NCBI GenBank assembly: GCA_963806535.1
Contig: CAWDYC010000011.1
Span: 64,001-128,000 of the forward strand
Source: Candidatus Bathyarchaeota archaeon
GTDB taxonomy: Archaea > Thermoproteota > Bathyarchaeia > Bathyarchaeales > Bathycorpusculaceae
Direction: 5' to 3'
DNA length: 64,000 nucleotides
Numbering within the stretch: position 1 is the first letter of the stretch; each line of letters begins with the position of its first letter. Positions 22,238 through 30,722 of the stretch are shown piece after piece. The notes under the pieces were generated by a model that made no database searches, was not told the origin of the DNA, and saw nothing but the letters and a program-made list of their open reading frames with translations. Made by a program: the position numbers and the translations under genes.

Positions 22238-25120
22238 TTACTCAATATATATGGCTGGTTGATAGGGCATAGACATTGCTGATCGTTGCTTAGGATCATA
22301 TTGGTTTATATCATCTTCGCTGTATACCGATACTTCAGCATTGAAGCGTTCCTTCAAAAAGCTAATCGCGCTTACCAAAAGTTCTTTTTCGTCAATAGCT
22401 TTGATTTTTAGTATGTTGTTTTTTCTGTTGCTTGGCAGTTTAGTTAAAGCCTTAATTATTTTTGGGACCATGCCTGCAACATCCTTCATATGTGGCTTCA
22501 AATCTTTGTCTGCAGCAAATTCTTTCATTAAATCGCCAATTTTTGCCTCGCCAGAAACGGTTTTCTCTAAAACTTTAAAGTATATTTGTGACTTCCATGA
22601 TGCAGCGGTGTAGTAGCAAACTCGTTTTGGCGTAATCTTCATTGCTTTTAGAATATTAGAGGTGTCCGACATCACATCAGTTATCAGGTTTTCCTGTTCT
22701 TCAGCGGCAATGTCCACTTTCGTTTCATCATAAACCGGCCATTGCGCTACGCTAATAAAACACGGTTCGCCTGTTTGGCTCCAAAGTTCCTCAGTTAGGA
22801 AAGGTGCGAACGGTGCAAGCATTTTAAGCCAAAGCATAACTGCTTCCCGCAGCGCTTTTGCATCGCTGTTGCCTTTTCGTTGAATGTACCAGCGCAGGTC
22901 GTTCCAAGTTTCAAATAATGCTGTTTGGAGGGCGGTTCTGGTTTTTAGTTCATCTAAGCTGGCGGTGACTTCTTTTATTCGATGTTGAAGTCTGCTTATT
23001 AGCCAGCTTTCAAGTGCTGTGTTTTCTTCTTTTTTGGCGTTAATGATTATTCCACTAGCAAAACTTATCAGCCCTTCAAACTTTCCTTGCAAATCGCTTA
23101 CGTTTTCAGCTCGCCAGTCAGGGTCGTCCATACCTTCAGCACCCAGTAATAGAGCACACCGGGTGGCGTCGGCTCCATATTTTTCAATTGCACCCTTCAT
23201 TGTTATGAAGTTACCCTTGCTCTTGTGCATCCCCTGCCCTTCAACCATAAGCATGCCATTCACCCCAATTGCTTTGGGCCAATGCTCTGGCGGAAACAGG
23301 GCAGCATGATGAAAGATGCAGAATGTTAAGTGGTTTGGCACGAGCTCTTTTGCGGAGTTTCTCAGATCAAATGGATACCAGTACAAGAATTCACTTCGCA
23401 TAGAGTCTAGTAAATTAGCTTTTATTCCAGCAGATTTTTCAAGTTGCTCCGAGATGCCTTTCCCGTAGAAAACGTAATCGAAAACCTCAGGCGTTAACGC
23501 TTCCGGCTTTATCTTGTTTTGTCTTATATGTTTGTTTATTGTGTAGAACGCCATGTAAACTGTGGAGTCACTCAAGGTCTCAATTATCCAACCTTTTCCC
23601 CAGGGCAACGGTGTTCCGAAACCCGTTGTTCTTGCGCAAGCCCATTCCCTTAGCCAATCTATAACAGTATAGAAGGATTGCTTGGCTGATTCAGGGTAAA
23701 TTGTCATTTGAGCTACAGCTTCTTTTGTTTTCGCTTTCCATTGCGGATCGGAGTAGTTTAGAAACCATTGGTCCGAGAGAATTTTTACTATGCACTGAGT
23801 CATGCATCTGCAAACCACCTGCTCAGGCAAATCATACATGCAGTCAGCTACACCCTGCTTGAGAAAGTCGGCGATAATTGTTTCTTTTACTTCTCGAACG
23901 GTCTTTCCAGCGTAAGGACCACAATTCGCTTTCAGAATGCCGCCGTGGAATTCTTTTTTGTAGAGTGCTTTTGTGGCTTCGTCGGCTTTTGGGTCGTGCT
24001 GGTCTTTGATGCACATTTGCTGGACAATTTCTACTGCCGGGTAGTCGCCGTAACCGTCAACTTTGATAATTGAGATTGGCTTGATTTGCTTTACCATCTC
24101 TGGATCTACACCAAACTCAGCTAGAATCTCTGGTTTTTGCTGCAAATCCTTCAGAGCCAACCAATCGTATGGTGCGTGAGCCGGCACACTGTAAACTACT
24201 CCTGTAGCGGTTTTTGGATCTACAAACCAACCTGGCAAAATGGGAAACTTTTCTTTTGTTACTGGGTTTTCGAAGATTTTGCCGATTAACTCTTTTCCCT
24301 TAAAGAATCTTTTTACAATTATTTTCTTTTCTTGTTCTTTGAGTTTTTCAGCGGCTTCTTGGCTAATAATCCAGTTTTCGCCATTAACGTTTGCTTCAAC
24401 ATATGTGGCGTCTGGGTTTATCCATATGTTAGTAATGCCATAGATGGTTTCTGGACGAAAAGTTGCTGCAGGCAAAAACGTGTTTTCATCAAGTTTGTAT
24501 TTTATGAGCGTATATTGCTCCGGAGTAACGCCTTCACCTATTTGGCGGTCATGGTCTCCCGTTGGACTTTGATCTTTTGGACACCAAACAACTGGGTGCG
24601 TTCCACGAGTGACATAGCCTTTTTCTCTCAGGTTCCTGTATTGCCACTCAATGAATTTTTGGAAAGTAGGCATAACGGTTGTAAACTCTCGTCTCCAATC
24701 TACAGAGAAACCCACGCCTTTAACGGCCAAGCGTCCTTCATCGGTATAATACTGAGCCATATAAATGGGATCAACAAATTTCTTGAGTTCAGCTTCTGGC
24801 ACCCCGTCAACTTCTCTGAGAACTCGAATGTAAGCTTCATCGCCTCGAGCTACACGTTGACTCGCTCCCAGCAGTGGTTGCCCCGTCCAATGCCAACCCC
24901 AAGGCCAAAGCACATTGTAACCTTGCATACGCTTGAACCTGGCATAAGCATCAACCCGCGAGGCTGTAAAAGTGTGTCCTACATGAAGAGGACCGTTCAT
25001 GTATGGAAACGGAAAAGTCACCATTATTTTCTTTCTTTTTGGGTCAGGGTCAGCCTCAAAAATATGAGCGTTTTCCCATTTCGCTTGCCATTTCTGTTCA
25101 ATTTGCTTGGTTTGGCTCAT
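22238..25120 (-). CDS. leuS: Leucyl-tRNA synthetase (archaeal)
   Basis: FPYMNGPLHVGH, ATFRPET, SVPAHAPYD, ETLSDSTVY, GMHKSKGN. Confidence 0.96.
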   Translation of the reverse strand: MSQTKQIEQKWQAKWENAHIFEADPDPKRKKIMVTFPFPYMNGPLHVGHTFTASRVDAYARFKRMQGYNVLWPWGWHWTGQPLLGASQRVARGDEAYIRVLREVDGVPEAELKKFVDPIYMAQYYTDEGRLAVKGVGFSVDWRREFTTVMPTFQKFIEWQYRNLREKGYVTRGTHPVVWCPKDQSPTGDHDRQIGEGVTPEQYTLIKYKLDENTFLPAATFRPETIYGITNIWINPDATYVEANVNGENWIISQEAAEKLKEQEKKIIVKRFFKGKELIGKIFENPVTKEKFPILPGWFVDPKTATGVVYSVPAHAPYDWLALKDLQQKPEILAEFGVDPEMVKQIKPISIIKVDGYGDYPAVEIVQQMCIKDQHDPKADEATKALYKKEFHGGILKANCGPYAGKTVREVKETIIADFLKQGVADCMYDLPEQVVCRCMTQCIVKILSDQWFLNYSDPQWKAKTKEAVAQMTIYPESAKQSFYTVIDWLREWACARTTGFGTPLPWGKGWIIETLSDSTVYMAFYTINKHIRQNKIKPEALTPEVFDYVFYGKGISEQLEKSAGIKANLLDSMRSEFLYWYPFDLRNSAKELVPNHLTFCIFHHAALFPPEHWPKAIGVNGMLMVEGQGMHKSKGNFITMKGAIEKYGADATRCALLLGAEGMDDPDWRAENVSDLQGKFEGLISFASGIIINAKKEENTALESWLISRLQHRIKEVTASLDELKTRTALQTALFETWNDLRWYIQRKGNSDAKALREAVMLWLKMLAPFAPFLTEELWSQTGEPCFISVAQWPVYDETKVDIAAEEQENLITDVMSDTSNILKAMKITPKRVCYYTAASWKSQIYFKVLEKTVSGEAKIGDLMKEFAADKDLKPHMKDVAGMVPKIIKALTKLPSNRKNNILKIKAIDEKELLVSAISFLKERFNAEVSVYSEDDINQYDPKQRSAMSMPYQPAIYIE

Positions 25121-25547
25121 GAAACTTGTTGATTAAGCCATTAGCTATTAAGAGTTTTGCTTCGGCTTTTTCTACGGATTGTTTGTTTAGAGATTTTTGG
25201 CTTTGTTTGAATTTTTTTGGTTGCAGTTTGGTTTGGTTGTTTTTTTAATCAGAACTTGAAACGGTTGTGCGTTGTGAAGACGCCAAAAGAAATAGAAAAA
25301 TCTTTCAGCGACTACCTATAGGTCAAAATATATACGTTTTGTCAGTACAATTGTATATACAGACGTTATTTAATGATTTTGTCACGATTAAGAACAGCAA
25401 CATTTGCGTTGCCATTTTTGAACAAAGAAATTCAGACTGTTTTTCAAAAGCAGAATCTAAATCCTTTACAGACTGCCTAAACAGAAATCTCAAGACTGTG
25501 TGGCCGCAGTAATGGTTTTAGGATTAAAGCAAAGCGTAAACCAAATA

Positions 25548-25862
25548 TTATTTTTTGAGTCCACCAAGTTTCTTGGTGAGCTCATCAAATATGAGATATT
25601 TCTTTTCTTTGCCTAAATGAAAGACAACTTTAGAAACCATTTCTTCTGAGATGGTAAAGATATAGTTTAATTTTATGACGCTGTCTTTTATTGCGCCTTC
25701 ACTCTTAGTTAGCGGTATTCCTTTCATCTTGAGATTGCTCGTTATGCCGGCTATCACAACGTTTCCTAATTCTTCGAACAGAACTACTGCTGGCCTAGTC
25801 TTCACTTCAGCGGTTTCTGTAAACTGTACACTTGCAACGATAATATCTCCAGGTTTAAGCAT
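25548..25862 (-). CDS. mazF: PemK/MazF-family toxin
   Basis: PGDII...F...VKTRPAVVL...IAGITSN...DSVIKLNYIFTI. Confidence 0.85.
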   Translation of the reverse strand: MLKPGDIIVASVQFTETAEVKTRPAVVLFEELGNVVIAGITSNLKMKGIPLTKSEGAIKDSVIKLNYIFTISEEMVSKVVFHLGKEKKYLIFDELTKKLGGLKK

Positions 25863-26082
25863 CTTTCCAAGCCTCATCTTCCTCGTTGTCCCATAATTCT
25901 TTCATTTTTGCTTGCTGAATCTTGTGAATAAACTCGTCATATTGGCTTTTTTTCTTGGAATCTTTTGCTATCTTTATTAAATCGGAAATAGTTTCATTGT
26001 ATGTTTCTCTTGGATACTTTCTAATGCTTTTTAGCTCCTTAACGACTGATTTCTTAAGCTGTATTGTAGTGGCTTCTTTCAT
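25855..26082 (-). CDS. Putative antitoxin
   Basis: TTIQLKKSVVKELK..K.YPRETYNETI N-terminus, acidic LWDNEEDEAW tail; overlaps the toxin start. Confidence 0.8.
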   Translation of the reverse strand: MKEATTIQLKKSVVKELKSIRKYPRETYNETISDLIKIAKDSKKKSQYDEFIHKIQQAKMKELWDNEEDEAWKDA

Positions 26083-26201
26083 TATACATCGCCTATAACT
26101 CACTATAACAAATTATATATAACTTTCGCATCATGGCTCAACGCAACTTTCAATAAAGGACTCACCTTAAGCCTATATACAAAGATTAAGTTCTACGCTT
26201 T

Positions 26202-26281
26202 TATGAAGAAGCAGAGAAACGCAAAGAACCACATAACTTCTACTGCGCTTGGTCTTTCGCAAACCCTCAGAATTTTTTTTG
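26202..26281 (-). repeat. Shared segment, copy Y
   Basis: Reverse complement matches 3608..3705. Confidence 0.85.
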
Positions 26282-26295
26282 AAATACTGCAAATT

Positions 26296-26964
26296 TTACG
26301 CTACCTTCGTTTTTCGATGCCTTCTATAAAGCAATAGAGATGCAATGACAGCCACTATAACTATTGTAATAACAACTAAAATTGTCGAAGTTGGAAAAGG
26401 TTCTGGTTTAGTTAGTTTTTGTGAGTACATCTCATTCAAGAAGATTAAAGTGGCAAAACTATGGGAACCGTCATGTGTATTAACGTAGACCGTCAATGTA
26501 TGGTTTCCATAAGGAATTTCGCTGAAATTTACAGTTATTGAGGCATTAATTGAGTCTGCACCACCAGTTGGCTGGATGCCGAATATTTGGTGAATACCGT
26601 TAATCCAATCTGCTTGGTAATAAACACTGTTAATTACCCAAAAATACGAAGCTACGTTTACGCTTAATGTAAAGTTGTTCGTTTGCAATACAGTTTGATT
26701 TTGAGGAAATACTATTTCACAGATTGGAGGTATATGTTCAAGTTCATCTGCGGGCGGCTGAATAACAGATGAATTTGTGTGCCAAAGTGTAAAAGAAACA
26801 GTTGGTTCTGGAGGTGTCAAAGTTGCAATAGGTGTAGGTTCAAGAGTAGGTGACAAAGCAGTGGCTGTATAAAGGAGCCCTTTTTGTTGATTAGAAAAGT
26901 TAACTGCGACAAAAGCTAAAGCAATTATTGTGATAAGCGTTAATGCAACTTTTTTTTTCTTCAG
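26296..26964 (-). CDS. Surface protein with Ig-like domain and C-terminal anchor (5' frameshifts; start approximate)
   Basis: KKKVALTLITIIALAFVAV signal upstream of ORF 26296..26856; PYGNHTLTVYV Ig strand; PEPFPTST, TM and RRHRK tail. Confidence 0.75.
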   Translation of the reverse strand: MKKKKVALTLITIIALAFVAVNFSNQQKGLLYTATALSPTLEPTPIATLTPPEPTVSFTLWHTNSSVIQPPADELEHIPPICEIVFPQNQTVLQTNNFTLSVNVASYFWVINSVYYQADWINGIHQIFGIQPTGGADSINASITVNFSEIPYGNHTLTVYVNTHDGSHSFATLIFLNEMYSQKLTKPEPFPTSTILVVITIVIVAVIASLLLYRRHRKTKVA

Positions 26965-27000
26965 GAGAACCCCCTGATTTAAAAGAATATGAAGGCGTGA

Positions 27001-27043
27001 CTTTTAGCTCTCCCTAAAGAACAGGCTGTTCCACCAGAAGAAC
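27001..27043 (-). promoter_or_regulatory. Motif-B promoter module copy 1
   Basis: Minus strand GTTC-N8-GAACA-N3-TGTTC-tttaGGGAGAGC-TAAAAG; 36/43 identical to 30575..30617. Confidence 0.7.
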
Positions 27044-27055
27044 AAGTGGTTTGAA

Positions 27056-27131
27056 TTAAAAGGCTTCTCGTAAAGGTCTCTTGACTAAAATCAGTCAAGG
27101 TTTATTGACTATTTTTTGAGTGACGCAATTT
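27056..27131 (-). promoter_or_regulatory. Motif-A array copy 4 plus BRE/TATA
   Basis: Minus strand aaattgcgtcactcaaaaaat-AGTCAA-taaacc-TTGACT-gatttt-AGTCAA-gagacc-TTTACG-agaagcc-TTTTAA. Confidence 0.85.
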
Positions 27132-27259
27132 AATATGACAAATCAGATGATTCTATATGAGTCTCTAAATTTTAGAGCCAATACACAACATGTAAGAAGG
27201 TCCAAGCCAAAAAAGTCTTATATGTACTTGATTTTAACATACAGAAGAGCGCGATCAAT

Positions 27260-27640
27260 ATGGTGGATAATACAGAGACAAAAATTAAACAAGATCTGTT
27301 TGCTGAAATCCAAAATTTAGAACAAAATTATAAAGTTATCAAAAGTTTTCTTTCCGGAACAGACTATGACGCCATAACTCTCGGCGGAACAATTCAATCC
27401 TTCAAAGACGGCTTAAGTCGAGCCAGCGCATTTGTTCTTGCCCTATACAACCTCAAAGGAAAACGAGTTAACATTCCATGGGAACCACTTTTTACCAGCT
27501 TAGATTACGCTTTAGCCACAGTCACCGTTTCTTCATCGCCAAAACAGAAAACAGCAGTCAAAACTATTCTGTCAATGTCTGAAGAACAGATTGGGCAAGT
27601 ACTGTCTTACTTTGCCGCTCTGAAAGAATCGCTAAAATAA
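27260..27640 (+). CDS. Hypothetical helical protein
   Basis: 126-aa ORF with upstream TTATAT box and protein-like composition. Confidence 0.7.
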   Translation: MVDNTETKIKQDLFAEIQNLEQNYKVIKSFLSGTDYDAITLGGTIQSFKDGLSRASAFVLALYNLKGKRVNIPWEPLFTSLDYALATVTVSSSPKQKTAVKTILSMSEEQIGQVLSYFAALKESLK

Positions 27641-27933
27641 AAACGGTTCTTTTATTCAATATAGCTCTTCTTTTGATTGAAAAAAGTCTCTATTAATAAC
27701 TTGACCTTTTTTTGAAAAATTGTGTAAAAAAAATTCAATGCGTCATAGTTATTAATTTTCAAAGTAAATCGAGTGCCCATTTATTGTTGGGAACTAAAAT
27801 TTAGTGCACACACACAAAATTTTTTAGATTAGAGTTTTCTGCTCGGCACATTCTACTGGTGTATAGGCGCGTCAGAGTTTAAGGCAAAAGTTATTATCTG
27901 TTGCTCAAAGACAACAGCAGCGGAAGTACTTGA

Positions 27934-28482
27934 GTGAAAACAGGTAAAATCCTGAAGAGCTTCAACGCCAAAGACAGAAGAAATGTAATTCTAAGGACGC
28001 CAAGAATGGAAGACTTAGACGATTTATTAGATCTGATCAACTCGCTTGTTGATGAGAATGCGGAGATTTTGATTACTCGGAAATTTACGCGAGAGGAAGA
28101 GGCGGAATGGCTTACTAATGCGTTGTTACGACTGGAAAAGAATGAGGTTTTCTTTCTTGTTGCAGCAGTGAATGGGGCGGTTGTTGCTTCGTCCGACCTT
28201 CAGCTTCAAGATGAAAGTCAAGAATGCACTGGATTGATAGGAATAATTGTGAAAAACGGTTACAGGGATTTGGGAATTGGGACTGAGATTATGAAAACTC
28301 ATTTTGAGAAGGCAGTGTTTTTTGGGTTAAAGGTTTTGACTGTGAATGTTTTTGCCACGAATCAGCGGGCAATTCACGTTTACGAAAAAGCTGGGTTTTT
28401 TCAAACGGAGAGAATTTCGCAGAAGCATTTTAGACAAGGTAGATTCATTGATGAAGTCATAATGAAAAAATCAATTTGTTGA
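27934..28482 (+). CDS. GNAT N-acetyltransferase
   Basis: YRDLGIGT, VFATNQRAIHVYEKAGF. Confidence 0.9.
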   Translation: MKTGKILKSFNAKDRRNVILRTPRMEDLDDLLDLINSLVDENAEILITRKFTREEEAEWLTNALLRLEKNEVFFLVAAVNGAVVASSDLQLQDESQECTGLIGIIVKNGYRDLGIGTEIMKTHFEKAVFFGLKVLTVNVFATNQRAIHVYEKAGFFQTERISQKHFRQGRFIDEVIMKKSIC

Positions 28483-28619
28483 ATGTTGCTGGATTAAATT
28501 TTAATGGACATACTCAAGCCTTTAATTCATTTGCAGATAGGCTTTCCAGCTGAGTCACTATCGTGTAGGGAAAGACGACCCTAAGCGAAATAATTGCATA
28601 AAAGAAAAAGTTTTAGCTT

Positions 28620-29045
28620 CTATGCGAAGCTAACAAATTTTTTCGGTTGATTATTCGTTGCAAAAGTCCAGAAGTGAGCTGTGCATTTGATGATTTTAAA
28701 GAGTATCAGCCCTGGGTTTTCCGGTGTTAGTCCTGCCTGTTTTAGGAAGGGTCTGGCGTCAAGAAGTTTCTTTTTCATTTCTACGTCATTAATGAATTCA
28801 ACTGTGCCTGTTACTCTCATTTGCTGCATTTCTTTGCTTTTAGGGTTAAAGAAGCATACTTCAACTTGAGGTTTAGCTTTCAACTGTTTATAGATGTCTT
28901 TTCCAGCGGCAGAGCTGTAATATAGACCTGACTTGTCGGCGTACCAAAGTTGAAATCCTCTGACTCGAGGTTGTCCACTATCTATAGTTGCTAAGAAGCC
29001 TATTGGATTTTCATTTGCAAACTTGATATATTCGTCAAAATCCAT
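28620..29045 (-). CDS. Pyridoxamine 5'-phosphate oxidase-family flavin-binding protein
   Basis: FLATID.GQPRVR, KDIYKQLKAKPQVEVCF, QMRVTG. Confidence 0.88.
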   Translation of the reverse strand: MDFDEYIKFANENPIGFLATIDSGQPRVRGFQLWYADKSGLYYSSAAGKDIYKQLKAKPQVEVCFFNPKSKEMQQMRVTGTVEFINDVEMKKKLLDARPFLKQAGLTPENPGLILFKIIKCTAHFWTFATNNQPKKFVSFA

Positions 29046-29197
29046 CTAAATCACCAAATTACTATTTCATCACCCTGAAAGTAATAACTTTTGGTTTACT
29101 ATATGACGGATTCGCTTCGTTTTTTAAATTCTGGTGCTTAGACTATGGTGTGCATTAAATTTTAATCCCACCGACATATGTTAAGGATAGGTGTTTT

Positions 29198-29320
29198 TCA
29201 AAACCAGTTTTTTGACAATATTTCTCTGCAAACTTTGCAAACACTAAATATTGTTTCGCTTTCATAGACAATTTCGGTCTCAGTTGAACTGCACGAAGGA
29301 CATTCATCATTAGTTTTCAT
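29198..29320 (-). CDS. Zinc-ribbon microprotein (40 aa)
   Basis: MKTNDECPSCSSTETEIVYESETIFSVCKVCREILSKNWF with CxxC...CxxC. Confidence 0.55.
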   Translation of the reverse strand: MKTNDECPSCSSTETEIVYESETIFSVCKVCREILSKNWF

Positions 29321-29779
29321 TTTTAAGCACTTTCTAAAATTTGTTTGCGCCTGAGCTTTTGGCGTTTCTTTTGGTTTTTCATTTAGTATTCTCTTGATGG
29401 AAGCTTGTAAACATGCTTTTGTGTTCCAGTTTCTGCGTGTCTTGGTTAATTCTTTGAGGTTTAACGAAAATAAGTCTTATGAATCAATAATATGAATCAC
29501 GCACTTTCCTTAGGAAATGTATGTTTATTGAAATATGTGTCTTAACTTCTAATTAATACATACATTATCTTACCTACCTGCCACAGAAAGAAATTTTTTT
29601 AACTCTTCCAGTAGGTTCAATTTAATATCTAAAACCGTCAGAAACGTAAATGTGTGTGGGATTAAATTTTAATCCCAAACCCAAACGTCCGCATCCACGC
29701 GCCCGTGTATGTGTCTGTGTCTCTAACTATCTGTCGCTTGCTCTGTCAATCTGTCCCTGTAAGCCCATGTCTGTCACTC

Positions 29780-30541
29780 TCACCGTTTGTGTTTCTTGAA
29801 GTAAACCAACAAACCAGCAACTACAACGGATGTTAATGCGCCTGAACTCATGGCAACTGTTGAAGTTGGAAAAGGCGCGGGTTGTGATATGGTGAAGTTT
29901 ATTGTTTCAGAGGGTCCAATGTTTCCGGCAAGGTCTTGAGCGTAGACTGTAACGTTATGCTCTTGAAAAGACAAATTGGCTAATGTTGTGTTTCCAGCAA
30001 CGGTTACATTGTCCTGTCCATCTAAAGAATAACCAATCCATGAGGTAGGTTCATCTATTGTGAAATTTAATGACAAGTTGTTTTGGCTGTAAGTTTTGTT
30101 TTCAGGTGATAGATTTGTTATGATTGGAGGTTTTCCGTCATCTATCGTAAAGTAGGCTGTAGCATTATCCAAAAAAGTGTGCGGTGGAGTAGTGTCCCAT
30201 TGAATTTCTTCATAAACAGTAACGTTGTGTGAGCCCTCCGGCAATTTTGGTATAATTCCTGACCCTGTAACTGTTATTTGAAATGACATGTTGTGAGTTT
30301 GAGTTATAAGAGGAATTGAAAAATTGTCTTTTCCGTCTACGCTGTAAGTCATCGAATAATAGATATTATTTGCCCCTAAGCCACCAGAACGTACACTTAG
30401 ACCTAACGGCGAGCCAGAATTATAGGTACTGTTAGTAGGATATAAAATGTCAACAGCTTTGACCACCTTGACAACCTGAACCCCAAAAATAAGTACGAAA
30501 AGCATCAAGAATAGAATTAATGCCAATGCAGTTTTCTTCAT
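29780..30541 (-). CDS. Surface protein with two Ig-like domains and C-terminal anchor
   Basis: Signal peptide; YSVDG...GSHNVTVY and GYSLDG...HNVTVYAQD repeats; PAPFPTST, TM and KKHKR tail. Confidence 0.85.
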   Translation of the reverse strand: MKKTALALILFLMLFVLIFGVQVVKVVKAVDILYPTNSTYNSGSPLGLSVRSGGLGANNIYYSMTYSVDGKDNFSIPLITQTHNMSFQITVTGSGIIPKLPEGSHNVTVYEEIQWDTTPPHTFLDNATAYFTIDDGKPPIITNLSPENKTYSQNNLSLNFTIDEPTSWIGYSLDGQDNVTVAGNTTLANLSFQEHNVTVYAQDLAGNIGPSETINFTISQPAPFPTSTVAMSSGALTSVVVAGLLVYFKKHKR

Positions 30542-30574
30542 GCACCCTCACACCAAACTATTTGTGGTAAGCGG

Positions 30575-30617
30575 CTTTTAGCTCTCCCTAGAGAACACTT
30601 TGTTCCGCAAAAAGAAC
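30575..30617 (-). promoter_or_regulatory. Motif-B promoter module copy 2
   Basis: 36/43 identical to 27001..27043; TAAAAG lies ~34 bp before the ATG at 30541. Confidence 0.7.
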
Positions 30618-30676
30618 GAAGAATAATAGCAGAAGAGATTGAAACGCATCTAACATTTCCCCCCAAGAATTTTGAT

Positions 30677-30722
30677 TTCTCGCAAAAATCTTTTGACCGC
30701 GATAAGTTAAAGTTTGTTTACA
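30677..30722 (-). promoter_or_regulatory. Degenerate motif-A array copy 5 overlapping the upstream stop codon
   Basis: Minus strand TGTAAA-caaact-TTAACT-tatcgc-GGTCAA-aagatt-TTTGCG-agaa; no TATA box retained. Confidence 0.55.

Larger units (their letters stand above)
27788..29677. repeat. Four dispersed copies of palindrome C (TGGGATTAAA-T-TTTAATCCCA-like)
   Basis: Centres at 27799 (inverted), 28499, 29160 and 29667; the last is a perfect 10-1-10 inverted repeat. Confidence 0.75.

Noticed and set aside
24332-25132. Long antisense ORFs (for example 24332..25132, 40144..40923, 1976..2230, 4741..4935)
   Set aside because: They are shadows of real genes; the similarity between 1976..2230 and 4741..4935 simply reflects the motif-A/leader repeat.
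25267-25512. ORFs 25267..25512 and 36131..36376
   Set aside because: No recognisable motifs or convincing starts; not supportable as genes from sequence alone.
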